Virus record (IMG/VR): IMGVR_UViG_3300042554_001750
Direction: 5' to 3' (one strand)
Length of the DNA stretch: 64,000 nucleotides
Source: a virus
Taxonomy: Duplodnaviria > Caudoviricetes
Part shown: positions 56,612 through 64,000 of the stretch, in pieces
Position numbering within the stretch: the stretch's first letter is position 1
How the letters are laid out: each line of letters opens with the position of its first letter
Notes under the pieces: generated by a model
Seen by the model: the letters and a program-made list of their open reading frames with translations, nothing else
Database searches by the model: none
What the model was told of the DNA's origin: nothing
Program-made: the position numbers and the translations under genes

Positions 56612-57536
56612 AGTATAGTTGAAATCCTTCTTCTACATCAACCTTAGGATCATAATCAAAATCTTTGCGGGCACTATCAATGTTCAATGCTCCGCGACTT
56701 GGAAAATCAACATCTTTATCCTGAACTTCAATCGTTCCTTTACCTGCAATTTTAACTGCCAATTCAGCAGCATACAGTAAACTACGGCTATGTGATTTTG
56801 TTATATTGTAAGTTTTGTTATTAGTGTTTTCACTTAAGCTTGCTCTGACGATTCCTTCGGCTGCGTCTTCAACATAGGTGAAGTCAAGGGTCTCTGTTGC
56901 TCCATTAACCTTGAGCACTCCACCGCGCATTGCAGTGAGCATGAATTTCGCAATAACTCTATCTTCCACATCAAGCGGGCCGTAAACAGCACTAGGGCGA
57001 ATGATAACATGATCAAAACAGCCTCTGCGAGTGTAATCTTTAACCAGGTGTTCCCCGGCGAGTTTGAGTATTCCATATTGTCCTTGTGGTTTGCAGTTAT
57101 AATCTTCAGTTACATCATCAGTAAAGTCACCATAGACCATACTTGAACTGATATAGATAAATTTCTTTACTTTGAATTTTTTGCTTAATTCAAGTAGATT
57201 AAGCAAGCCTTCACTCATTACTTGACTACCCCATATGGGATTAGCATTAACTACTTTTTGTCTAGGGAAGCTAGCCATGTGTATGATTGTATCAAACTTA
57301 TTGCTAGCAAAAAGATATTCCATATTTCTATAATCACAAATATCATATCTGTAAAAATTAGTATATGGAATCTTTTTCATCCGTTCTGTCATCAGATAAT
57401 CAATTTCATCTTGTGGAATAATTCCATAATTTGTTTTGATATCTGTTACAACTACATTCTGATTTAATTTTTGTAGTTTGTGTACTACATGGTGGCCTAT
57501 TAAACCTAACCCACCAGTAACTAATATTTTACTCAT
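56550..57536 (-). CDS. NAD-dependent nucleotide-sugar epimerase/dehydratase (extended SDR)
   Basis: TGGLGLIG, ISSSMVYG, YGILK and RDFTYV-like LDFTYVED. Confidence 0.92.
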   Translation of the reverse strand: MSKILVTGGLGLIGHHVVHKLQKLNQNVVVTDIKTNYGIIPQDEIDYLMTERMKKIPYTNFYRYDICDYRNMEYLFASNKFDTIIHMASFPRQKVVNANPIWGSQVMSEGLLNLLELSKKFKVKKFIYISSSMVYGDFTDDVTEDYNCKPQGQYGILKLAGEHLVKDYTRRGCFDHVIIRPSAVYGPLDVEDRVIAKFMLTAMRGGVLKVNGATETLDFTYVEDAAEGIVRASLSENTNNKTYNITKSHSRSLLYAAELAVKIAGKGTIEVQDKDVDFPSRGALNIDSARKDFDYDPKVDVEEGFQLYYDWLNNSPFWSSKTKQATEG

Positions 57537-57825
57537 ATTTTAACCTATAGTAAGTATAGTCTTTTTCAGTTAGATAAGCACAAATATGATATTCGTACCC
57601 ATATGCTCTGTAATCAACTTTTTTGTGATATGTGGGACTGGGCATAGAATGCCTCATTACCCACTTGCCTTTTTCAGTTTGTTGCCATTTATAAATTGGT
57701 TCTGCAATATAAATTTCAGGATCTTCTACATCACCCATGGTTATTGTATGTACATGGACTCTGTAATTTTTTGAGGTTGCAAACTCATCCATTTCAAACA
57801 GCCATTTTGGCTTTAAGTGGGCCAT
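57529..57825 (-). CDS. Small hypothetical protein (paralog family)
   Basis: C-terminal AYLTEKDYTYYRLKYE. Confidence 0.65.
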   Translation of the reverse strand: MAHLKPKWLFEMDEFATSKNYRVHVHTITMGDVEDPEIYIAEPIYKWQQTEKGKWVMRHSMPSPTYHKKVDYRAYGYEYHICAYLTEKDYTYYRLKYE

Positions 57826-58711
57826 GACATTGATATCCTTCTAGTGTAATATCTTCCATTGATATATCAAAAATATTAGTTTTATCCTTGTTCAAAGATA
57901 GAGTAGGCAATGGGAATTCTGTTCTTGTTAATTGCTCTTTGACCTGTTCAACGTGGTCTTTGTAAATATGCGTATCGCCAGTGCTAATAACTAATTCACC
58001 TACTTTGTATCCACAATGATGTGCAATCAAATGAGTTAGTAACGCATAACTCGCATAATTAAATGGGGCACCCAAAAAAACATCCTGACTTCTTTGATAC
58101 ATGTGGCAGCTCAATTCTTTATTTTTATTGACATAGAATTGACTCATGACATGACAGGGCGGTAATGCCATTTGATCCATTTCGGCAACATTCCAAGCAC
58201 TTAAAATATGTCTACGACCGTTGGGATCATTTTGCAATCCTTCAATCAAATTCTTTAATTGATCTACTTCAGTTCTATCAACTGCTACCCGATCACCGCC
58301 GAGGTGCGCTTTACCGAAGTTCCACCTCTCCGTATTCTTTTGCCAATGGCGCCACTGTACGCCGTATACCCTGCCGAGGTCACCTTCATATTTCGCTTTC
58401 GGCTTCCAATAGGGTGCAAGCGCATTTGGCGTCCAGATAGTAACCTTTCCTTCTGTGTTATCCTTACCGTGGGTGAGTTCTGCCAATCTACGTTCGTCAC
58501 CACTCCCTTCAATAAACCAGAGAAGTTCACCGACACAAGCTTTCCATGCAAGCTTTTTAGTAGTGATAGCGGGAAAGCCTCTACGCAAATCAAAGCGAAG
58601 ATGACGGCCAAAAACACTATAGGTGCCAACACCAGTTCTATCATCTTTTAGTTCTCCATTATCTAATATATCTTGTAATAATTCGTGATATTGCTTCATC
58701 GTTTTTTCCAA
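57794..58711 (-). CDS. thyA: Thymidylate synthase (ThyA/Td)
   Basis: DRTGVGT, GRVYGVQW, RRHILSAWN, LPPCH and YQRSQD; probable start at MKQY (58699). Confidence 0.96.
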   Translation of the reverse strand: MEKTMKQYHELLQDILDNGELKDDRTGVGTYSVFGRHLRFDLRRGFPAITTKKLAWKACVGELLWFIEGSGDERRLAELTHGKDNTEGKVTIWTPNALAPYWKPKAKYEGDLGRVYGVQWRHWQKNTERWNFGKAHLGGDRVAVDRTEVDQLKNLIEGLQNDPNGRRHILSAWNVAEMDQMALPPCHVMSQFYVNKNKELSCHMYQRSQDVFLGAPFNYASYALLTHLIAHHCGYKVGELVISTGDTHIYKDHVEQVKEQLTRTEFPLPTLSLNKDKTNIFDISMEDITLEGYQCHGPLKAKMAV

Positions 58712-59151
58712 ATTTCGTATGTATGGTCTGGATGTTCTTGCATTGAGACCATAGAAAATGTTTCTTTTAATTGTACTAAATCTATAAAAGTATCACAAGT
58801 GTATTCGGATATAGTTCTTGTTAAATAAATTTCATCTATTAAATCCCAACAACTATTAATAAGTTTTGCTCCACCAATTATCCAAACATTTTTAAATTGA
58901 GTAAAATGCGATAAGTCACTTATTCTTATTGCGCCAGGCGGAAGAATCAATTCTTGTGATGACACAATTAAATTCAATCTGCCGGATAATGGTTTCTTAG
59001 GTAGACTTTCCCAAGTATTTCTACCCATGACTACAACACCATTGTTAGTAAGATGTTTAAATCTTGGCAAATCGCCCTGAATGTTACTCCAGGGCAATTT
59101 GTTGTTGTAGCCTATTCCACCGTTTGGGTCACATGCTACAATTAGTTTCAT
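58696..59151 (-). CDS. folA: Dihydrofolate reductase
   Basis: GGIGYNNKLPW, VVMGRNTWESL, PLSGRLN and IIGGA. Confidence 0.95.
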   Translation of the reverse strand: MKLIVACDPNGGIGYNNKLPWSNIQGDLPRFKHLTNNGVVVMGRNTWESLPKKPLSGRLNLIVSSQELILPPGAIRISDLSHFTQFKNVWIIGGAKLINSCWDLIDEIYLTRTISEYTCDTFIDLVQLKETFSMVSMQEHPDHTYEIWKKR

Positions 59152-59444
59152 AGTTTATTAAGTAGTTTGTCTGTCTCAGGTTGTACTGTGTCTGCTATAT
59201 TTTGAACGTTTAGCACAAATTCTACGCTAACAATTTCCTCATCTAATTCATGCAATCTGCGTCCAACTGCTTCTTCAATTTGATCGGGTTCAAGTCCTTG
59301 ATTTAGAAACTTTTCAACATTAATTGTTGTTTGTCTTTTACCTTCTAATTTAACAATTATTTTTTTGATAAACTGTACTGGTATTTTTTGTTTCTCTATA
59401 TCTTCAAGAATATGTTCCCATTTAGATACGAATTCTGGGCTCAT
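59148..59444 (-). CDS. Hypothetical protein, 98 aa
   Basis: Tiles in operon. Confidence 0.7.
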   Translation of the reverse strand: MSPEFVSKWEHILEDIEKQKIPVQFIKKIIVKLEGKRQTTINVEKFLNQGLEPDQIEEAVGRRLHELDEEIVSVEFVLNVQNIADTVQPETDKLLNKL

Positions 59445-60103
59445 TATGCACTAACTTTGGTTTTTGTCTTTCTAGTTTTAGTAACTTTAGTTTCAATAGC
59501 AGGAGTAGGATCCATTGATGCAGCTTCTTTTAAGAGGCGTTCACTTTCAGCAATTAATCCTTTTGCCTCAGCAGCCATTTTAGCAGCCTGTTGACGCAAA
59601 TTATTTGCCAAGTCCATATCACCCATTAATCCTTGGGTAGAAGGTACATTATTAGTGTTTTGATTTCCACGCATTCTGCGCACAACATCTTGTGGATCCT
59701 GCAAGCCCATAGACTTATCCATTTCAGCCAAACGCTTCACAGCATCTTCACCTTGTTTCATCTCATCAAGAATCTTATTCAATTCGTTGAGCTTGATCTT
59801 GGTATTAGATTGCGGTGTCATAACAATCAATTCTGTGTTGACCTTCTTAAGCTGTCCTTCCATGTGCAATACCTGTAACATGGGTCTACCATCTTTTGTG
59901 AAAGTGCGATTTAATGCGTCGGCTAGATTCTCGCTACTTTGACCAATATCACTTTCAATGCACTTCATCATTGGGTCGTGAATATGTTGGTTCAATGTTT
60001 CAGTATATGTAACCAAGCACATATGAGGTTCTCCGGGAACTTCACGGAAAATAACTGCTACTTTGCGGTCACCGTGTTTCCCAACGTGTCGTGTAAAACT
60101 CAT
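59444..60103 (-). CDS. Hypothetical protein, 219 aa, C-terminal coiled coil
   Basis: GGAG RBS; tiles in operon. Confidence 0.75.
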   Translation of the reverse strand: MSFTRHVGKHGDRKVAVIFREVPGEPHMCLVTYTETLNQHIHDPMMKCIESDIGQSSENLADALNRTFTKDGRPMLQVLHMEGQLKKVNTELIVMTPQSNTKIKLNELNKILDEMKQGEDAVKRLAEMDKSMGLQDPQDVVRRMRGNQNTNNVPSTQGLMGDMDLANNLRQQAAKMAAEAKGLIAESERLLKEAASMDPTPAIETKVTKTRKTKTKVSA

Positions 60104-60159
60104 ACTGTGTTCTCCTTATAGCTTGTATTTACAGTTAGAAGATAGATGCAGAAAAAAAG

Positions 60160-60420
60160 TTAAGACCAACGCAAGGTAAAGTATGTAGCTTCTTGCGGAT
60201 CTTCAAATGCAAATTTATAATACTGAGATTTGGACAAACTTATAAATTCATTACCATCCAAAATAGTAAATCTACCTGAGAGGTTATTATATATCCATTC
60301 TACGATTTCATCCAATGATGTGTCGTATATAGCAGCATTGGCTATAATAAAATGGATCGGCTTATAGTCTAACTGCCGCTCAGTAAACCAAGTAATTTCA
60401 TCTATAGAATATTCAATCAT
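60160..60420 (-). CDS. Small hypothetical protein (paralog family)
   Basis: C-terminal FAFEDPQEATYFTLRWS. Confidence 0.7.
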   Translation of the reverse strand: MIEYSIDEITWFTERQLDYKPIHFIIANAAIYDTSLDEIVEWIYNNLSGRFTILDGNEFISLSKSQYYKFAFEDPQEATYFTLRWS

Positions 60421-60830
60421 TTAGTAAGACTATCTAATACTTTATATTTTTCGTAGGCTTCAATGACAGCGGGATTATCATTCAAACCAATAGGATTAAC
60501 TTCCATCCACAATGCCATTCTAGACATATCACCGTGTATAAATCCAGTATCGTGCCCATAATTTCTAGGCTGATGAATTTTACCGGCTAGGTAAAGTCTG
60601 GCTGTAAGCGATTTAACATCTTCTAAATTTACATCTTTACTGAACACATAATTAGAAGGGTGGCTGACATAATTATTACCGTCACGGTAGTATCCTTCAG
60701 CTACCTTTAACACACCCTCAAGGTCTTTGGCTCGTGTGCGTGTGATTATCAATAAAACATCTTCCTCGGACACTTCGCCTGCAAGAATAGATTTAAGACA
60801 CCCGCCAAAACTTGTACCGATGAGCATCAT
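60417..60830 (-). CDS. Hypothetical protein, 137 aa
   Basis: Coupled by 4-nt overlaps. Confidence 0.7.
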   Translation of the reverse strand: MMLIGTSFGGCLKSILAGEVSEEDVLLIITRTRAKDLEGVLKVAEGYYRDGNNYVSHPSNYVFSKDVNLEDVKSLTARLYLAGKIHQPRNYGHDTGFIHGDMSRMALWMEVNPIGLNDNPAVIEAYEKYKVLDSLTK

Positions 60831-61198
60831 ACAATCATTTTCCTTTTAGTCTTTTCGTAATCACTATAAATTTTATGCCCGTTTTCCCGAATCCAATCAA
60901 CAAGAGGTTGCGGATTTTTAGCAAACTCTTTCCGTAATTGATTCTCAGTCATGGTGCTGTTGAATTCGTAAATTTCATAACTGCGTTGGCTATTAAATTT
61001 GGCTCGCAAAATCATCATGTTGAGAGGAATAGGATTTGGTTTTTCACGGTGTGATTGTTCTTTTAATTTTGACCATATCGCTTCCTTTTCCCATCTTTCA
61101 ATTTCGGCTTTTGCCTGACCCACATCAAATATGCATTCAAGGCCCAGCATGTCCCACATTGCCAAATAATGTTTAACATTCTTTTTTCTTGAGAGCAT
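60827..61198 (-). CDS. Hypothetical protein, 123 aa
   Basis: Tiles in operon. Confidence 0.7.
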   Translation of the reverse strand: MLSRKKNVKHYLAMWDMLGLECIFDVGQAKAEIERWEKEAIWSKLKEQSHREKPNPIPLNMMILRAKFNSQRSYEIYEFNSTMTENQLRKEFAKNPQPLVDWIRENGHKIYSDYEKTKRKMIV

Positions 61199-61427
61199 AT
61201 AACATCTCCACTTTACTTATAGCATCGTTTAATGTTGGATCACTGTCAGCCATGAACACGGCTTCTTTTAAATTTACCCAGCGTATTTGCAACTCTTGTT
61301 CTTTTTGCCATACAGGATCTACACTATGTAGATGGCGAACGGTCTCGCCAGGTTTTTTAGCGTAGACCGTCTTGCCCCCGTCGGGGCTTTCATAGATGAT
61401 AATTTCCTCAGTTGACTTTATCATCAT
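61173..61427 (-). CDS. Hypothetical protein, about 84 aa
   Basis: Probable start MMIKSTEEIIIYESPDGGKTVY at 61427 (track start 61544 overlaps the vWA gene). Confidence 0.6.
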   Translation of the reverse strand: MMIKSTEEIIIYESPDGGKTVYAKKPGETVRHLHSVDPVWQKEQELQIRWVNLKEAVFMADSDPTLNDAISKVEMLYALKKKEC

Positions 61428-62691
61428 AGAGGGCAAACGTCCCGAACGGGGGATTAGGATCGGGGTCTCCGTGAATGATCCATGTAGTGTCGCAATAGTC
61501 AGGGTCGCCCCAACTACCGCAAGGATATCCATCAGTGAACACAATCAATCGCTTGGGTTCAATTGCATTTTCCTTGAGATATCGGAAGATAGCATCAAAG
61601 TCAGTGCCACCACCACCCATTGGTTCATAGCCATCAATCGTATCCATATTCTCACTGGTGAAGTCAGCAGGATTATAGATTTCCGTATCAAAACAGAATA
61701 CATGAACCTTGTAACCATCAAACGCTTCCATCATGCCCGCAATCTCACCCAAGAAAGCCTGAGCCTGCTTGTTAGAAATAGAACCTGACATATCAATGGC
61801 TACTGTAACATCAATTTCTTCACCGGGGGTCATACCGGGCATGACTGCATCCATATGCCAACCACGGCGTGAAGGACGCATCCAACTAAAGTCAGTACGG
61901 ATAGCACTGGTCAAGTTAGTCTGAATCAGTTCACGCCACGGCATGACAGGATTAGTATGTTGCTTGATCAGGCGTTCAACACCTTTGGGCAAACTACCTG
62001 CTTCGGCTGATTGTGCGGCGTTAAGAATTGCTTGCTTGACCTCTTGACGGACACGTTCACGTTCCTCAGGACTCATCTTGGGACGCTTACCCTTACCGTC
62101 CTTCTCATCTTCACCGTCGCCGTCGTCACTCTCATTGTCCATATGGTCGTCAATCATTTGATCAACCAAATCATCAATGGAAATCTTTTGCGCATTCTTC
62201 ATGAGGTCATCATAGATTTCCTCAGCAGGCTTGCCATCATACTTAGATTCATACAAGCAAGGCACAGTAGTAATGAACTGGCCAACCTTATGGCGCTTCA
62301 AGTCAGCATTAACAGCATAGTCATCGGCAATGTTCCAGATTTGCGGATCACGTGTACCACGGCGATCCATGTGATCATAAACCACATGCAACACTTCATG
62401 ACCTACAAGAAACTCAACCTCTTTGGGCTTGAGCATCATAATGAAACGGCTATTGTAATAAAACTTCAGACCGTCAGTAGCCGCTGTACCACACCACTCA
62501 TCGGCGTTGGTCAATTGAAGGCGTGTTGCAAGGTTACCGAAAAATGAGTGCCGAAGCAACAAACCGATTCGGGCAGTAACCAGCCGCTCACGGGCTTGTG
62601 CATCAATTTTAGGATCAGTGGGGCCGATCAGATTTTCAAACTTTTTGCTACTCTTACGCTTCTTTTTAGCAGGGGCAATTACATCACTCAT
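61408..62691 (-). CDS. DUF2201-like metallopeptidase + vWA domain protein
   Basis: HEVLH (HExxH), MIDDH, vWA MIDAS IDMSGS...GGGGT...FTDG. Confidence 0.88.
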   Translation of the reverse strand: MSDVIAPAKKKRKSSKKFENLIGPTDPKIDAQARERLVTARIGLLLRHSFFGNLATRLQLTNADEWCGTAATDGLKFYYNSRFIMMLKPKEVEFLVGHEVLHVVYDHMDRRGTRDPQIWNIADDYAVNADLKRHKVGQFITTVPCLYESKYDGKPAEEIYDDLMKNAQKISIDDLVDQMIDDHMDNESDDGDGEDEKDGKGKRPKMSPEERERVRQEVKQAILNAAQSAEAGSLPKGVERLIKQHTNPVMPWRELIQTNLTSAIRTDFSWMRPSRRGWHMDAVMPGMTPGEEIDVTVAIDMSGSISNKQAQAFLGEIAGMMEAFDGYKVHVFCFDTEIYNPADFTSENMDTIDGYEPMGGGGTDFDAIFRYLKENAIEPKRLIVFTDGYPCGSWGDPDYCDTTWIIHGDPDPNPPFGTFALYDDKVN

Positions 62692-62718
62692 TGTGGACTC
62701 CTATCAGATAATACACAT

Positions 62719-62747
62719 ATTCTAGCGGAAAACCGAATATTTGTCAA
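62719..62747 (-). promoter_or_regulatory. Sigma70-type promoter
   Basis: TTGACA-17 nt-TAGAAT. Confidence 0.8.
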
Positions 62748-62748
62748 A

Positions 62749-63000
62749 TTAATGTGTACTGCGGTTGCCACCGTTTTCCACTTGATCAATGAAATTTTCT
62801 AGTTGTTCAATTTCTTCTTCGGACCATGTACCATCTTCAATATCAACGGGTGTTGCCTTCTCAAGGAAACTTCCGTCAGCAAATCCATCTTCAATCTCTT
62901 TGATTAGGTTATCCAATTCTTCTTGGGTGCCCTCAAAATTATCAAACGCACCCGGTGCAAAAACAAGTTTCAAACCGTTTGGAAGTTTCTTATCAGTCAT
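62749..63000 (-). CDS. Small acidic hypothetical protein, 83 aa
   Basis: AGGA RBS. Confidence 0.65.
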   Translation of the reverse strand: MTDKKLPNGLKLVFAPGAFDNFEGTQEELDNLIKEIEDGFADGSFLEKATPVDIEDGTWSEEEIEQLENFIDQVENGGNRSTH

Positions 63001-63015
63001 AGAATTTCCTAAATT

Positions 63016-63042
63016 AAAAAAGGGTGGGTGTTACCCCACCCC
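63016..63042 (-). terminator. Rho-independent terminator
   Basis: Minus strand GGGGTGGG-GTAACA-CCCACCC followed by T6. Confidence 0.75.
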
Positions 63043-63080
63043 AAAGAGGGTATTGCTACCCCGGGAGTAAACAGATAATC

Positions 63081-64000
63081 TTAGTTACCTGCCTCAACAA
63101 TGTACTTACCATACTTCTTGTGGAACTCGTCAAAATTCTTCAACTGACTAGGTTCAATCGGAAGCTTGTAAGTCTTAAGTGCGATCTTAGCACCCATCAC
63201 AACCAACTCAGTCTCAAAGTTAGCCATGATGTAGTTAAAGAAGTTGTCTGCCATCTTGTGGAACTCTTTGTTGTCCACTCGCTTGTTGTCAAGTGCATCC
63301 TTCAATTCATAGCACATTGAAATGGTCAGTGAGTACATAGCGGACACTTCCTTGACTGCGAGATCCTTGACCTTACCGCTGAGAATGTCAGATGGCTCGG
63401 GCATCTTGCCTGCAATCTTGCGGTGAGCCATAAACTTAACAGCAAGACCTTCACCGATAGCACCTGCAACCAGATTGAACAAAGTGTCGTTATCAACATC
63501 CTCGTCCTTGATCAGGTCGCTAACGAAAACCCAACTACGGGGGGTAGCGAATGCACGGCTACTAGACTTGCTATCAAAGTCATAAATGTCCTGCTTTGCG
63601 AAGGACAAGTAACCAACCACATCCTTGTGAATGCCCTTGTTCACAGCCCAGTTTTGCCATGAAGCAAAATCGGGGCGCATTTCAATGTGAACGAAACGGT
63701 TAGCAAGGGGCATCGGCATGCGATAAGTAACACCCTTGTCACTATCGCGGTTACCTGCCGCAACAATACGAACATTGTCGGGCAACTTATACTTGCCAAC
63801 ACGACGGTTAAGAATAAGTTGATAACCCGCTGCCTGTACTGCGGGCGGGGCACTGTTCATTTCATCAAGGAACAATACAACGATGGGATACTGACTAGCA
63901 AGTTCCTCATCGGGAAGATCAACTGGGGGAGCCCAGTCCATCTTACCATTATCGCGGTTAAAGTAAGGGATACCACGAATATCAGTAGGCTCCATTTGAG
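63081..64000 (-). CDS. MoxR/AAA_5-like AAA+ ATPase (5' end off window)
   Basis: LFLDEMNSAPPAVQ, AAGN, PLANRF and TPRSW; Walker A lies beyond the window edge. Confidence 0.88.
   Translation of the reverse strand, partial: QMEPTDIRGIPYFNRDNGKMDWAPPVDLPDEELASQYPIVVLFLDEMNSAPPAVQAAGYQLILNRRVGKYKLPDNVRIVAAGNRDSDKGVTYRMPMPLANRFVHIEMRPDFASWQNWAVNKGIHKDVVGYLSFAKQDIYDFDSKSSSRAFATPRSWVFVSDLIKDEDVDNDTLFNLVAGAIGEGLAVKFMAHRKIAGKMPEPSDILSGKVKDLAVKEVSAMYSLTISMCYELKDALDNKRVDNKEFHKMADNFFNYIMANFETELVVMGAKIALKTYKLPIEPSQLKNFDEFHKKYGKYIVEAGN

Noticed and set aside
58165-58651. Overlapping alternative ORFs within thyA
   Set aside because: Fully nested in a canonical thyA; no initiation signals or recognisable motifs.
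61396-63662. Several plus-strand ORFs (61396, 62011, 62548, 62789, 63024, 63423)
   Set aside because: Antisense shadows of GC-richer, codon-biased vWA and AAA+ genes.
1-64000. Alternative genetic code (stop-codon reassignment)
   Set aside because: Conserved genes are full length under the standard code and ORFs tile densely; the only split gene is explained by a split intein.

Overview
This window is a 64-kb segment of a large T4-like (myovirus-type) bacteriophage genome, almost all on the minus strand. No host chromosomal genes, tRNAs, rRNAs or CRISPR arrays were seen. Gene content: neck/tail-completion proteins (gp14-, gp15-like); several fibre and virion proteins, including two tandem ~1,500-aa six-LamG paralogs; a T4-like replication/recombination set (gp41-like helicase, gp61-like primase, gp62-like, UvsW, UvsX, UvsY, gp32); ThyA and DHFR; nucleotide-sugar enzymes; spanins (implying a Gram-negative host); a candidate restriction-modification pair; and an AAA+/vWA-metallopeptidase pair. 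The standout feature is a fractured terminase. terL is split into two ORFs carrying an atypically split intein (33-aa IntN, 111-aa IntC, junction REIG|CEF). A free-standing GIY-YIG endonuclease sits between the halves, and its late promoter overlaps the stop codon of the N-half. Other notable items: a 194-aa miniature DnaE-like polymerase core; a stand-alone degenerate Hint-fold protein; a late KxDG ligase-like protein; an array of sigma70 promoter+ORF cassettes with an exact 52-bp repeat; hairpins overlapping ATAAATA late promoters; and a family of small paralogs. All family assignments come from motif recognition by eye, not database searches.
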